Positions 49,159 through 64,000 of a stretch of 64,000 nucleotides of DNA are shown in pieces. The translations under genes and the position numbers were made by a program. Each line of letters begins with the position of its first letter. The first letter of the stretch is position 1. The stretch comes from Scyliorhinus canicula (lineage: Eukaryota): NCBI RefSeq assembly GCF_902713615.1, contig NC_052158.1, forward strand, positions 86,498,822 to 86,562,821, in the 5' to 3' direction. The notes under the pieces are model-generated. The model was not told the origin of the DNA and searched no databases. It saw only the letters and a program-made list of their open reading frames with translations.

Positions 49159-49696
49159 GGGCTGGATTCTCAACTCCCCAATGCTGAAATCGCGTTCGAC
49201 GATGGGTCAGAGAATCCATTTTGGTGCCGAAATCAGGAGTGGTGCCGGATTTTAAATTCACTGCACCCTCCCCCCCCCCCCCCCCCCGCCAAAAATTGGC
49301 GTGCTCGTGGAGTATGCCGTGCCGAGTATCCACCACCTCAGGCAATTGCCCGAGGCCCGCCCCGCGATGCTCCGTCCCCGACCAGCTGAATTCCCGACGG
49401 CGTGGAACTCTCATGGTCCAGCTGTTCGGGAACCTCGCGAGGCAGCTGAGGACACCTTCCGGGGCCGCCACAGTCGGTGGGGGTTGGCCTATCGGCGGAT
49501 AGGGAGGGGCTTAATTCGGGGTTGAGGGCAATGTTTGCGGGCCGTCCGGGGCACGAGTGGCCGATACGGAGCACTATATCGGTGGTCCAGGTCCACGGGC
49601 TGAGTTTGCCATGGAGCACAGCTAGCTCCCAGCAAAATGGGGAATCTGTGGCCCGACGGCATAGGGACTTAGTCTTCAAAACGGAGAATCCAGCCC
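49159..49696. mobile_element. PIF/Harbinger-type MITE, 538 bp, CpG-rich
   Basis: Perfect TIR GGGCTGGATTCTC / GAGAATCCAGCCC and 3-bp TSD AGG. Confidence 0.85.
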
Positions 49697-51767
49697 AGGA
49701 TCTTTGGGATCGGTAAATATAAATCTCGATAAATAGAAACTTTCAATCTCCTGATGCATGAGCTGGAATCTTAAAGAAAATGGTCAATACAATTTCGGAA
49801 TTTCAAATGGCTGCCAAATGTATAATCCCAAAAAAGAGAAAGCAGCCACTAATGTGACAGGCAGAAAAATAGATTGCATGCCCAATCAAATACCAAACTA
49901 ATAGCTTCCATGAGAAGCAGTGCCAGAACACGTCTTACGCAAAGGCCAGGGTTCATTGGTTCATTGGAATAGAATCAACTCAAAATTGAGACTTGTCCAC
50001 AACCGCTGAGCCCTTATCCAATTTCAGAACCAGAGAATAGACAGCTTGTTTTTGATTTCTAATTCTTCATTTCTTAAACTAAACCCAACAGAAATAGAAT
50101 ATGAAAAGCTCCCTAGGCCGAGGGAGCAAAAGGTCGAAGGTCACAACTGCTGCTCACGCCTGAACCAGCAAAGAGCTCCTCAAGTCAAAAACCTTTTCTG
50201 TTTACAGAAATGCTTGCATTTCATGGAAAGGAACTTCAAGTAACCTTATCAAAATAGCTCTTTGACCCATGGGACATTAAACCAGATGAACAGAATCTGG
50301 AATTCACACTTCTCCACTGGAGTCCATAAAAAAGCCTGACAGATGAGATCATCCCTGATCATGCTGTTGCTTCACAGTCAGCTCCGAATGTAAATAAACC
50401 CAGCAAAGGAACAGACCCTTTCTCTGTCTGTGGCAGAGTTTGCACTTTTTAAAAGGGCTCGTGTCCTTTTGCAATGTCATTTTAGACAGAGGTCTTTAAC
50501 ACCAACATATAGTTAAAGCACGCAAGTATAAAAGCAAAAGATTAATTTAAAAATAGCACGCATGTTTTAGATGGTCATCGCGTTTTCAAAACTTCCACGA
50601 GAAAAGTTGAGTTTTTAAACATCAGAATTCATAGCTAGGCATTCGTAATAAAGTATCTTTGTTCAGATGTTTTATTTAGATTTAAAAGAACTAGCAATGA
50701 GATTTTATGCAATCAAAAATAAAACATTTGTAATTGGAATCAGATTGCAAAAGCAAAGCAATTTTTGAATAAGCCCCTATTTAATAAATGCTTACATTAT
50801 CTGCACAGAAATAAATTTGTTAAGAGGGTACATATTAATTGCAGCCTCATCGTCCCCTATTCTTGTCCGTAACAGTGGCTACTGAATGCATCCTGTAAGT
50901 TGACGTTAGCTGTAGATATGGAGAGAAGATTAAGGATTCTTTGGACCAAAAAAGCAAATTGGTGTATCACACACTGCAGTCTGGTGTTGATATTCATGGG
51001 TTCCATAGGATTTAACCATCATTTTGCAATTCATAAAATCATACAATACAGAAGAAAGTTGTTCGACCCATTATGCTTGTTAGTTTTTGGAAAAAACTAA
51101 CACTTAATCCTAATTTCCTACAAAATCATCCTTTAGGAAAGAGGAGGAACAATATGCGTTAATATAGGGCCTTCCACAACCTCAAAAGTGCACTAAAGCA
51201 GGGTTTTTCAAACTCAGGGTCGCGAACTGTAGGTGGGGGTCGGGAGGGTCGCAACGCGATTGTGGCATTCCCGATAGCGGAAGGAACACCCAATGGCCGC
51301 GTCCAGCTTTTAATAATGCCGGAAATGACCATCTTTCAAGATTACCGGTCATCCTGCACATACGTTCCCCCTCAACCAGATTTGGCAGTGCACGGGCCCC
51401 GAGCACAACGGGGCGGACTGCCTCCTCCTGACATCAGCGCACTGTCCCAGGGCCAGTTTTCTTAAGCAAATGACAGAGTCCCCCCCACTGGAAAAGACAG
51501 TAGAGAGCAGGTTGTGTGCCCCATACACTGACATCACATGTTCTGGGTGCAAAATCACAAAACAGAAAATCTTTCATTTTGCAGCTGCCAGCACTGAAGA
51601 ATTGAAAATGGATCGTCATGGGATAAGGAAGAGAGGGCCAGAGAGACTAAAAGGCCAGAATATCACAACTACATCTACTGGGGTGAACGGTTCAGAAGAG
51701 TCCAAAGCATGCTGGTGTGAGCTTCATGACCTCTGGTGAGCAACCCATTAAGCTGAATTCAGGAATA

Positions 51768-52720
<953 letters not shown>

Positions 52721-52938
52721 GTAGTTGAGATACGAATGAGAAACAGTGGGTTTAGGGGGCTAGAGAGAGAACATCTCAGCTTTTTGGGAACAAAAGCCAT
52801 GCTGTGGAATAATGGTTAAGGAAACAAGTGCAGAGATCTGAAGAGTAGCTAGTTAAGGAAACTGGAAAAATGACAAGACTTTTCCGAGGTGGTCTAAGGT
52901 GGTACTAGAACAGAGCACTATTCAGTAAAAACAGAGAG

Positions 52939-52957
52939 TTAGGGTTAGGGTTAGGTT
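52939..52957 (+). repeat. Short telomere-like array TTAGGGTTAGGGTTAGGTT
   Basis: Direct reading; sits immediately before the right hAT TIR. Confidence 0.6.
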
Positions 52958-53659
52958 AAAAAGTTTGAAAAACACTGCACTAGATCCAATTAAGTATTTT
53001 CGAAGTGTCGCCGTTGTTCCACCGTGGGAGATACAGCAGCTCTGTGGCAAGATCCACAAACACAATGAGGATATGGCCAGAGAAATGGGTATAATGATGT
53101 TTGTTTGAGGCTAAATATTGACTAAGACACTGGAGAGAAGATTGCCGCTCTTTTTTGAAACAGTCCCCTGTGAATTTTTTTTTAATGCCCACCTGAGTGG
53201 GCAAACTGCTCTAATTACATGTACCATCTGAAAGTAGTGTAGGACTTCCTCAGTACTGCAATGGAACACAAGAAACAGGAACAGGAGCAGGCCACTCCTC
53301 CCCTCCAGCCACAATCACAATTAGTGTCTGATTGGTCTGCATCTCAACACGATGGACTGCCTTTGGTTTCATAGTCCTTTCCAAAAAGAAAAAAAAGCTT
53401 TTGAAAGAGTCCCTGATTTTCACTACCTTGTGTGAAGTGCTTTCTGGCCTCGGGCTAATTTTAATAGTAGATCTGTTGGTAGTTTGAAGATCAATAGTTT
53501 TAGTGTGACTGTCATTTCATAGTTTGAAATAATATGTTCTTAGCTGCAACCATTTTAATAAAATGTGAAACAAATGTGATTGGAAGCCAGCCAGATTAGT
53601 TAAATAGACAGTTTAATTGTCTCACAATTAAAGAATAAGTAATAAGAAAGGCTGGACAT

Positions 53660-53862
53660 GGGGCAGCACGGTGGCACAGTGGTTAGCATTGCTGCCTCAC
53701 GTGCACCTAGCCTGCACATCTTTGGGTTGTGGGGGCGAAACCCACACAAACACAGGGAGAAAGTGCAAACTGCACACGGACAGTTACCCAGAGCCAGGAT
53801 CGAACCTGGGACCTCAGCGCCGTGCGGCAGCAGGGCTAACCCACTGCGCCACCGTGCTGCCC
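53660..53862. mobile_element. Two convergent family B SINEs fused without tails
   Basis: A plus-strand head (53660-53703) is joined to a minus-strand copy ending CCACCGTGCTGCCC, giving a ~40-bp terminal inverted repeat. Confidence 0.75.
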
Positions 53863-56628
53863 TTATAAGAACATTATTAACACTTGATTATTAATACAGA
53901 CTTTTAAAATGCTGTGAGAGTAAAGATTAATGTGTTTTGCAGGGCACGGAACAAAGCGAAAACATGAATGTTAGACTTGATGAGATGGTTTAAATAAGTC
54001 CTTTTCTAAGGGACCACAGTTCCAGATGACAGAAAGCTATGTTGACCAATTATTGGTTGAGATCCAAGCCTACCTCAAAATAAGAGACATAGTTTGAGAA
54101 GAAACATTGTCTTAAAGCGGAGACTGAATGCGTAATTAGACAAAAAACAATGGACTGATTCTTATTTTATTATCGACAAGTTAGATACCAATTGGCCACT
54201 TTTCCAACAATTGGCAAAGGTGGACTTTCATTATTTTAAGGTACAAAAAACAAAGGTCCCGAGAAGCCATTTTGGGTTAGGACAGACAAAGAGGGAGACA
54301 GGTGGGAAGAGAGCGATGTGCTGAGGGCTTTGTTTAGAGTTGTTACTTTACAACCTGGTCTGAGAAAGGTGGCGAGATGGCTGTTCAATTGTTAAAATTA
54401 AGCTTTGTCCTCTTACTGCTAACTGCTGTGGAGTGATGCTTTGCTATTTATCTGCCTTGTTACCTTTTCAACGGTTAATAAAATTTGTGAATTCATAATT
54501 TAAAATGTTCTTTATCCTTTTGATTAAGTCACTAGGATCTGATGTGACGAGATTGGGAGATTGTTGCAAACAAGTGAACTCATTAAATCTTACCTAAAAA
54601 TGTTACTTATAGACCCCCATGTGCTGAACTCACCCCCAGAGAATTAATTTCTCACTCTTCGACTTATGAACCACTTTTACCAACTAAAACATGAAGAAAA
54701 ACAAAATGACTGAACACATTTCCCCAGATACATAAACAAACAACCCTAACTGGCAGAATTCTATGGAAAGGAAGTGAGGAAAGTGAACAATGTCCCTTAC
54801 GTCATTAAGGCCTGACACTGATCAAAGCTTATATGGAACTATTTATTTTCATTAAGTCCTTGATTGTGGGTTTTAATAGAGCTTAGCTTGGTGGTTTATT
54901 TGTGACATCTCAATGACATTTTGCAGGAGAGTTCAATCAGACTGCAAAGGCAACAAACACCAAGGTGATTGCATCAAAAATCATGAAATAAAACATAATT
55001 TTTCTATTAAAGTTCACAAAATTTACATATCTTGTGGAGCAAATTATTCAAATTGCTTAATTTTCAGCTTATAAAAAAGCCTATAATCGTGTCTGAAGGA
55101 GACAGTGTGAGCCTTTGTGTTCATGGTGTGAAACCCTCTCAAAATCTTTTCAATGACCTAAAACCGAGGAAATAAATGATACCATAAAGTTTAAAAATAA
55201 AAGATTGGGCTACTTGAAAAAGGAGACAGCTTTTCTGAACATTGTAATGCTAATGAATATTTCAAACACTAATGACACACAAATTTGGAAACCTCGTAAA
55301 TAGTGGGGAGGACAGTAACAGATTTAGAGGACATAGAACATAGAACAGTACAGCACAGAACAGGCCCTTCGGCCCTCAATGTTGTGCCGAGCAATGACAT
55401 GGACAAACTGGTGAAATGGATAAACATATGGAAAATGTAATTTATGCAGTGTGTAATTATTCATTTTGGAAGCAAAAAATAGATGAGCCGGGGGAAACAA
55501 AATTATAGAATTTTAAAAGGGTACAGGAACAGGTTACATATACAAATCGTCGAAGGTGTCAGGATAAGTTAAAAAACAGAAAAAAAAAATGGTAGTTATG
55601 CTAATCCTTTACCAATTACTGATTAGGCCTCCACTGGAGAATTGTGGTCAATCCTGTACCAATTTAGGAAGGATGTCAAGGCCTTGGATAGGCTAGCAAA
55701 ATTAATTAAGGTGGAACCAAAGGTGAGACACCGGAAGGCAGTAGGGGTGGTAATGAAGAAACATGGTACTTTACAAGTTGAGGTTTGGAAGAGAAAGCTT
55801 CAACAGCAAAGATCAATTTTGTTCTTGGATAACCTTGAAAGTGTGCCATTAGAATGGAATCACTATGAGAGCACTTTGGATAGCACTTCAAGGACAAATA
55901 GCAAACTGGTTGATTCATCAATGAAGTTCTGTTTGGCATTTTGATTTACAGAAACTAGAAGCAGACAAATATAACCTGGGATTCGTTAGAATAAAAGACC
56001 AAAATGTCTGGTATCTAGGAAAACTATTTGAGATGAAGCAGAATGAATACCATCACTGAAACTGTCTGTGCCCTACCAGATTTGAAAGGAGAGAAATCTC
56101 TTATTCCATCTAGAAAGGCTGAACAGGGCACAAGGGCATGATAGGTTTGGCTGGCATAGAATATGGAATGGAAAATAGGAAAATAATGAAATGAACTATG
56201 ATGAGAATAAAATTCCATTTGGAACATTTGCTACTTACTGAAGCAGTTGTTAGATACCTTTGGCATGAGTTGTGCATGTGTGAGTACAAGTTAGAGCAGT
56301 GTTTAGTTTTTATTATAAATAAACCCTGGCTTAATTGCATGACATAATGTCAGAAGCAAATCAAACTGCAATTATGCATAAAAAATTGAATTTGTCAGCA
56401 TATCTAAATTTAGCTCACTGCAAAGTTTAAACTACAGTCAACCATTGCTTTGTGACAAAGTTCCAAGAGGGGGATAGTGATATTTGGTTATGGCATGGGC
56501 AAGAAGCAACGTACATTGATAAATTATAAGTTGAATAGCAAGATCAGAAAAGTAACTAAAAAATAAAAATCCAATGACTACTTTCTTCTAAAATTTATGA
56601 ATTGTCACTATCCCACTGGCCAGACAGA

Positions 56629-57274
56629 CAGAAACGGCCCTAGGGTTGCTGGCGCCCCGGGCAAGCTGAACTTCGGCGCCCTTATACATACTCTAAAATT
56701 CTTCGTATTTTGTAATCATTACATTTGACAATCATTTCACTAGAGTTCCGGTAAGTTTGATGGTCATTAATCATTATCATAAGCATGAACAAAGTTAGCA
56801 TTATTTGTGTTGCAGTTAGGCATGTCACGTTTATGTTCTTTTAATCTAATAACTAAATATTCCCAGTTTCGTCTATATTACACGGTTTACACCAGCATTT
56901 GGTTTTTCTGAAATATTATTTCTTACTAACATCGACTTAATGGTAGAAGTGTACCTAATAGCTATATTCACATCGAGATCACATCTGTTTGTAAAATCGT
57001 CTGTGGTACGTAAAAAATAGCTTCCTAGCCCAGGGGCTGTATTTTTACGTGGGCCCCGTACTTGACTTGACCGGAATTCAAGTAAAAATAGCCAACAGAA
57101 AATGATTTACGGTCACGTAAAAATAGACACTGCGTTATAAAATAAATTAAAAACAGTCAGATAAATACTTCATAAAAATTATGAAATAATTTGTCATGCA
57201 CTCCTTGATGGCGCCCCCTAGCACATGACGCCCCGGGCAACTTCCCAAGTTACCGGTACCTTGAGCCGGCCCTG
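56629..57274. mobile_element. hAT (Tip100-like termini) MITE, 646 bp
   Basis: Termini CAGAAACGGCCCT and GAGCCGGCCCTG, subterminal GGCGCCC repeats, perfect 8-bp TSD CAGACAGA at 56621-56628 and 57275-57282. Confidence 0.85.
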
Positions 57275-57377
57275 CAGACAGAACATGAGAATGCCTAGAA
57301 TGATTTGGCCTTGCTCAACGCTGTGAATTTGAATCACAGAAAAATGAATAAATTCAGGCCAGAATTCTGAAAATCAA

Positions 57378-57760
57378 TTGTATTTATACAGTGCCATGCG
57401 AGTCTGAGAAAATATCTCCAGGCAACACAAAGTATATTTTGAAGTGCTGTGACAAACATGGCAGCCAATTTGCACACAATGAGACTTCACAAACAATAAT
57501 GAGGTGAATAGACTGTTAATTGGTTTTCATTTTCGATGTTGGTGAAGGCAGAATTTTGGCAGGATGCTGGAAGAATTCTGTTCCTCGTCAAAAAGTGTTA
57601 TGGGACTTTTAACGTCCATTTGAAGAGGCAGTTGGGAGCCCTGGTTTAACACTTTACCCAGAAAAACAGCATCTCTAAATTTATTTAGGTCTGCAGTCAG
57701 CCTGGGGTATGTTAATGTCCTTGAATTGAGTTTGAACACCAACATGACTACCATTGTAGA
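57378..57760 (-). mobile_element. Ancient DeuSINE-like element
   Basis: TTGTATTTATACAGTGCC and CATGGCAGCCAATTTGCACACAA are the reverse of the tail at 25480-25620. Confidence 0.5.
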
Positions 57761-57982
57761 CAAGACTGTTAGAAGAGCTACAATGAAATCAGCTCATATT
57801 TGAGACAACTATTAAAATAGCTGGCCACTCAAAACTGACAAATGAACCTTCCGGAGAAGAACCAAAGAGACCGATGAGGCAAAAGTCATATCTTAGGCAC
57901 AAAGAAAGAAGGAAACTTGGCAAGCCAGTGCAAGTTTGAAACTATAGAGTAAATTGGCCTGGGAAGCTTATAGCACAAAAAC

Positions 57983-58830
57983 AACTTATATTTATACAGC
58001 ACCATTAACATGGTACAACAACCCAATGTTCATGACAGGAGAGTTTTCAAACAAATTTTGAAATTGGGCCACATAAGGAGATCGTAAGAGAAATGAGGGT
58101 TGGGGAGATAGGTTTCAAGGTGCCCCTTAAAGTTAGAAAAAAGAAGAGACTGAGAAGGTGGGAAGATTTGGAGGAGGAAATTCCAGAGCTTAGCATGTTG
58201 CTACCTACAGTGGAACAATTCAAATTGGAGATGCTTAAAAAAACCAGAATGAGAGGAGCACTGATATTTCAGGGAGTTGGTGGAAATGAGTGAAATAGGG
58301 AAGGAAGAAGCTAGGAAGAGAATTGGAACAGAGGATGAGAATGTTAAAATGTAAGCATTTTTTAACCAGGAGCCAATCTACATCAGGCAATACAGAGATG
58401 ATGGTTGAAAGGAACTTGAAAAGGATTGGATTACCTTAAATTTATGGAACATAGAATGCGTTGTGCCAGCCAGAGATGTATTGAAATAGTCGAGTGGTTA
58501 GTTGAGAAATACATGGATTAAAGGTACCAGCAACAGATGAGCTGATACAGGGATCGAGCCAGGTACTGTCACGAGAATGGAAATAAGTGACCTTAATAAT
58601 GTGGTTGAAAGTTCACCTCCGAACAAATATGACACCAAAAGTTGTGAACAGCCTGAGCAGGCACAGAAAGTTGGAAGAGAGAAGGATGAAGGCAGTGGTT
58701 TGTGAACGGAGTTGTGGCAGGAGGAAATCTCTCTTAATTCACCACTGGCTGCTGGCTATGCAGTCTGACAAGTTAAAGACATGAGTGGTTGAGAGGTAGT
58801 GATGAGGTAGAGCTGGGCATCCAGCCTACA
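57983..58830 (-). mobile_element. Old L2-like LINE 3' fragment
   Basis: ACTTATATTTATACAGCACC 3' end followed by purine-rich decayed RT sequence. Confidence 0.45.
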
Positions 58831-58914
58831 TGAAATAAAACAATATGAAAAGGACCATGGGTGCCATCAAACTGCAAGAAAAGAATTTGAGTGTGGCTTT
58901 CTATCTTTTTTGTT

Positions 58915-59272
58915 TTTACTCAAATATGGGATGTGGGTGTCGTTGGCTCAGCCAACATATACTGCCCATCCCTAATTTTCTTTGAACTGGCTGGCTTACT
59001 AGGCCATTACAGGGGGCATTTATGAGTCAATCACATTGCTGGGGATCTGGAGCCACATGTAGGTCAGACATGTATGGCATTGTTGAATCAGATGGGTTTT
59101 AATGACTATTGGCAATGGTTGCATGGCCATCAGTAGAAAAGTAATTCCAGATGTGTTATTGAATTCAATTTGACCATCTGCCATGGTGGGATTCAAAGCT
59201 GGGTCCCCAGAGCATTACCCTGTGTCTCTGGAATACTAGTCCAGTGAGAATACCACTACATCACCACCTCCC
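58915..59272 (-). mobile_element. tRNA-derived SINE of a further family, with a LINE-derived tail
   Basis: Reverse head GGGAGGTGGTGATGTAGTGGTATT..TTTGAATCCCACC. The tail TTAGGGATGGGCA is shared with ~60045. Confidence 0.6.
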
Positions 59273-60352
59273 CATGAACCATGAACGAAAGTTACAGTCT
59301 TTAAATAACACACACATCCCAAGCAATGTACATTATGAAGTCCATGGGGATTGTTTCATTAATTTATTTGCTGGCACAATAGCCCATTGCATACAATCCT
59401 GCGAAAATCCAATAGAGAAGGCAATAGAATATTCTTCACAAAAAGAGTAGTTAGAATGCTGAACTTCCTACCTTAAGAAGTAAAAGCACAGATGAATTGA
59501 AGGAGGGAACTATATAAACAGGAAGTTGAAAAAAAAGGCTCTCATGTTAAGGTTAGAGGGGGTAGGAGGATGTGCATTTGAAGCATGGACCAGTTGGGCC
59601 AAATGGCCTCTTTTGTTGTACATTCTATGCAATGTGTATAATTTGAAGTATAATAATGCTCAATGAAGGGACATGTCCTACACTCCAATTGTATCGACAC
59701 TACAAAACATGCTTCACTGGTTATAAAGTATTTGTTGCAATTGCCACAGAGGCTGATCAGAGATTAGAATTCACAGTTGCCAATTCAAATCACATGATAA
59801 CATTTCAAGTTAAGATTTTTACTGCATTAGACAAATTAAAATCAACATTGACGAAGCCAATAATTAGTAGGTAATTAATACTCTAAATTACAGAAAAGGC
59901 ATCCCTTTTATGAGTGCTTTGATACACTCCTTCACTGTTGCTCGGTCAAAATCCTGAAACTCCCTCCTTAACAGCACTGTTGGTGTACCTCCACCACATG
60001 GACAGCAGCGGTTCATGAAGACATTACCACCTTCTCAAGGCAATTAGGGATGGCAATAAATACTAATGTAGCATTTAGTGCCCTCATTCTGCGAAACAAT
60101 TTTTAAAAACCTCAAAAAGCTACATTGCAAGATGCACTCCACAGAATTGGAGTCTTTACGGACCTGGTCTAAAGTTACTCCCAGCTTCCAACAGGTTCAC
60201 TTTTTCATACTTTACTGAGTCGCAATGTTCATTGAATTCCCTTTCCCTCAGTCTTCCCAGTCCAAGTCACCCTGAACCAATCTGGCACAATGGATCACTC
60301 CATTGATTCCCTCCCCAACAGTTAAACATAGCCATCTTATAAGATTTCCATT

Positions 60353-60692
60353 TCATAGAACTTACAGTGCAGAAGGAGACCATTCGTCCCATCGAGTCTG
60401 CACCGGCTCCTGGAAAGAGCACCCTACCCAAGGTCAACACCTCCACCCTATCGCCATAACCCAGTAACCCCACCCAACACGAAGGGCAATTTTGGACACT
60501 AAGGGCAATTTATCAAGGCCAATCCACCTAACCTGCACATCTTTGGACTGTGGGAGGAGCATCCGGAGGAAACCCACGCACACACGGGGAGGATGTGCAG
60601 ACTCCGCACAGACAGTGACCCAAGCCGGAATCGAACCTGGGACCCTGGAGCTGTGAAGCAATTGTGCTATCCATAATGCTACTGTGCTGCCC
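60353..60692 (-). mobile_element. HE1-like V-SINE
   Basis: Full head, V-domain and CR1-like tail in reverse. Confidence 0.87.
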
Positions 60693-62059
60693 TAAATTTA
60701 TAACATTTGGGACATGTAGAGGCTATGGAAGACACTATCAAATTGATGCAAAATCCTCAACGCCATTATTAGTCCTTCCAAGAAACAGTTACAGATCCAC
60801 TGGCTTTTTAAATTTTCCTTACAGTACTGTGTACTGAAGGTCATTCACAATTGTAATTAATTACTGGGCAAACAGTAATTTTTACAATGGTTCACTAAAG
60901 TCTTCTTGATAATGATGTTGGTCGAGGTCAAATCCTGGGAGACAAGTATCCCTGAGCCAACCAATCTTATACTACTAAGCACGACAATTACTTTAGCGAC
61001 AGCATGCTGAACACACAATTGGGTGGGTAAGTGATTCTGCTATCAGGTTAAATGAACAGAATTTATTATGAACTTTCTCGAATATCATCTCAATAGACAG
61101 CAAGAATAAAAGTGGTATAACTTGCAGATTCTTGTCAATTACCCAGGTTAATTACCTTGATTGTGGGAAAAAATAGCAGCTTTTGAACATAAACACAGCA
61201 ACATCTTCATTTGGGAAACACACGAGCTATACTTAGCAATTACATTACTCGGATCATTCAAGCCAGCACCTAACCTGCAGGGACTGAAATTGGCTTAGCT
61301 TGACTCTACGTAATTCATATTGATTTATTATCTGCGGGGATGATTTTTTTTCCCCTGTTACTTTAAATCACATCATTTTGAAAAAGCATATTATTCATCT
61401 AGAATCAGATTAACCCCCAGCAGCTTGTGAGGTATTCCATTTCAAATTTAAATACCACTCCACCCGGATATTTGCAATCACAGCACCAAAAAATCCATTT
61501 AAAATCACATGTTTTCCAGCAAAAGACTTTCAAATTTGCTAAAATTTGACAGATGACATTCTTTTGCATACATTTTGCTGCTGTGCTGCTCGAGGCTCAG
61601 GACTAGGGGAAACTATTTCCATCTCTGACTCACACTTGATGCACAATCTGAACAAAACATTAAAACACAAATGAAAATGATTAACTGTAATTAGATTGAA
61701 CAATTTTTCATAGCTTTCTAATATAGCCAGACTATGAGAGACTCAATACTACCTTTGGAATGTTGTTCTACCACCGCTGACTGACAAACTACATTCAATC
61801 GTTAGCATGGACAGGAATCTTCCATTACATTACTAGGTGTTGAATAGATGAATGCACAATGACATCTTTATTTTCTTCTTCTATTTGCCACCTGAATGCA
61901 CTGAATATGTAACTAGGATGTGGTTGCATAAATGATGGTCATCCTTAGATTCCTCATCCAAGTGTCCACTAATAATGCACAAATACTGACCTCACCCATA
62001 GCCATCACCCTACATCCAAGTGAATGGGTGTCTCCATTATCAACCTATCTGCATTAGTT

Positions 62060-63352
62060 TAAATTCCTCCCGTTCTGTTATCTCTGGATTTTCAAATATC
62101 TTTGGGACGTTTTCTACAGTGACGTTAAGCACAAAATCCATGTTCAACACTTCTGCCATTTCCTTGTTTTCCATTATTAATTCCCCAGACAGTCTCTGTG
62201 TGGGACCAACCCTTGCTTTAGTTACTCTGGGCCCGATTCAGGGGCCGCATTGTGCCCGGCACACCAGGTGAATCATACAAGGATCCCAAATCGGGCTCCA
62301 CACCGGGCCAATCGTGAATAACCCAACTCACTTCATCCAGCGCAATCTAGATCTCTCATTGGGCGAGATCCAGATCTGCATATTTAAATTAGCTTAATGG
62401 AAGACCTGGGAGATTTTGCCAGGGATCCATTTAGTACTGAGGGGGACAGAAAAGACCAGGGCTGCAAATCAAAATGATGCCCCATCTGCAAAAAAAGCCA
62501 CTCCTGCTGGCGAGATCAGCTTGCCAGCAGGAAATTGCTCAGTACGGCCTTGGGTGGATGGAAACTCCCTGAAGCCAAAATAAAACTGCAAAGTGCATTG
62601 AATAGTGGAATGTTTCCCTGCACTGCAGCCACAGAGAATCACGTCTTCTGTTCCTCTTTAAGTGCTTGTAGAAACTCAATCGTTTTTTATATTTCTAGGT
62701 TGCATTCTCCAATACTCTATTTTCTTTCCCACTTTACTAAATTTTAAATAGTCATTCTTTGCTGGTACTTAAAATGTGTCCCATCTTCTGATCTGCCACT
62801 AATCTTAGAATTGCACAGTGCTTCTTTCAATGTGTTACTGTCCTCGGTTTCCTTATTTACTCATGGATATAGAGTCCCTCAATGGTAAATCTTTGCTGAT
62901 GCTATCTCTTTAAAAGTCTTAAACTGCATCTCTACTCTATTACTTTTTAAATCTAGTTTGCTACTTCATTTTGGCCAACATTACTTTCATACACTTATAA
63001 CTCCCTTACTTAGATGTAAAATACTAATCTTAGACCCACATGTCTCACCTACAAACTGAACAAGAAATTCGATCATGTTTTGACCGCTGAAACCTGGAGG
63101 TTCTTTTACTATGAGGTTATTGATTAATCCTATGTCATTGCACATTACCAGGGCTCCCTGGTTGGTGATAGAACGTACTGCTCAAAGAAACTGTCCTGAA
63201 TACACCATTAACTAATTTTCAAGACTACTTTTGACAATCTGATTTGTCCAATCTACATATCTATTAAAGTCACCCATGATAACTACAGTAACTTTCTTAC
63301 AGCCCCTATTTATTTTGACCTATATACTCTGTCCTGCAGCATAGCTACTGTT
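62060..63352 (-). mobile_element. Decayed CR1 endonuclease-region fragment
   Basis: Reverse remnants such as IMGDFN, FQDSFFEQY, LVMCNDIGLI and NQEMAEVLN-like sequence. Confidence 0.65.
62229..62646. mobile_element. Harbinger-type MITE inside the CR1
   Basis: Termini GGGCCCGATTC and GAATCACGTCT with 3-bp TSD TCT. Confidence 0.55.
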
Positions 63353-64000
63353 ACAGAATAGACTACCTACTGTGTAGAAGGAGGCCATTCGCCCCCCCCC
63401 CCCCCCCCCCCCAAATCTTCAACACTGGTTGTCAAAAAAATGCTGTATAAATACAAGTCTTTCTTTTCTTTAATATCTATCTTTAAGATGTATGCTGATA
63501 TTTTGAATTCGGAATGATTGCTCGTTTTTCCCTGGCTGCCTTTATGGCCCGATATCTGGAAGATAACTTCAAAGTAATTGTTCGTATGAAAATTAATTCG
63601 TATCACAAAGCAATTAGAAATCATTCACTAAATCTGTATGCTTTGTTTTGTTCTGCAATTTGCATTCGATGACTTATGCAAATGAATGTTCTGCACAACT
63701 TTCTGAGCTTCTTCCAGACAGCTCAGATCTTCCAGCTAGCAATGAGGCCATGGCCTTTGCTGCTGAATGAAAATAAAGCTGCGGCCTTACTGTTTTGCCT
63801 TGGAGCTTTAGGAACTTCCTGTCCCAACTGAGGAATGCAGCCACCAAGGGCAGTGCCGAGTTGCAGAGTCACATCCACTTCTCATGGAATGCCCCATAAC
63901 GTTTTTTAGGCTTACAGGGTTATGACAAAGTTTTAATGTTATTAAGCATTTTTGTAAGAAACTATTATTAATCTTTCCAAGTGTTTTAATTGTTTTTGAA

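Noticed and set aside
49159-49696. CpG island or promoter
   Set aside because: Bounded by perfect TIRs and a TSD, so it is a MITE.
50130-50143. DR1-like nuclear receptor site AGGTCGAAGGTCA (and TGACGCAA plus GC box near 41088-41105)
   Set aside because: Short motifs without conservation or chromatin data cannot be supported.
53913-54572. Possible further solo LTR (TG start, AATAAA)
   Set aside because: No clear CA terminus or TSD was found.

Overview
Eukaryotic, repeat-dense, apparently intronic or intergenic DNA. No host protein-coding gene could be supported, and most ORF-track entries are repeat-derived or spurious. The SINE and LINE repertoire (HE1-like V-SINEs with CR1 tails, DeuSINE remnants, CR1, L1/Tx1-type, Rex1/Babar, Penelope) points to a cartilaginous fish, probably a shark; this is an inference. 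The window also holds hAT and PIF/Harbinger-type DNA transposons and MITEs, five TSD-bounded solo LTRs, and a decayed initiator tRNA-Met. The strongest candidates for something undescribed are: (1) a full-length, TSD-flanked ORF1-only (HAL1-like) L1 family in two copies; (2) Penelope inverted pLTRs carrying minimal hammerhead ribozymes, plus a palindromic mini-Penelope; (3) one V-SINE head joined to three different tails, implying LINE-partner switching; (4) a ~155-bp bipartite Rex1-tailed mini-element; (5) a heavily decayed retroviral-like integrase. Family names come from pattern recognition without database searches, and boundaries lacking a TSD are approximate.
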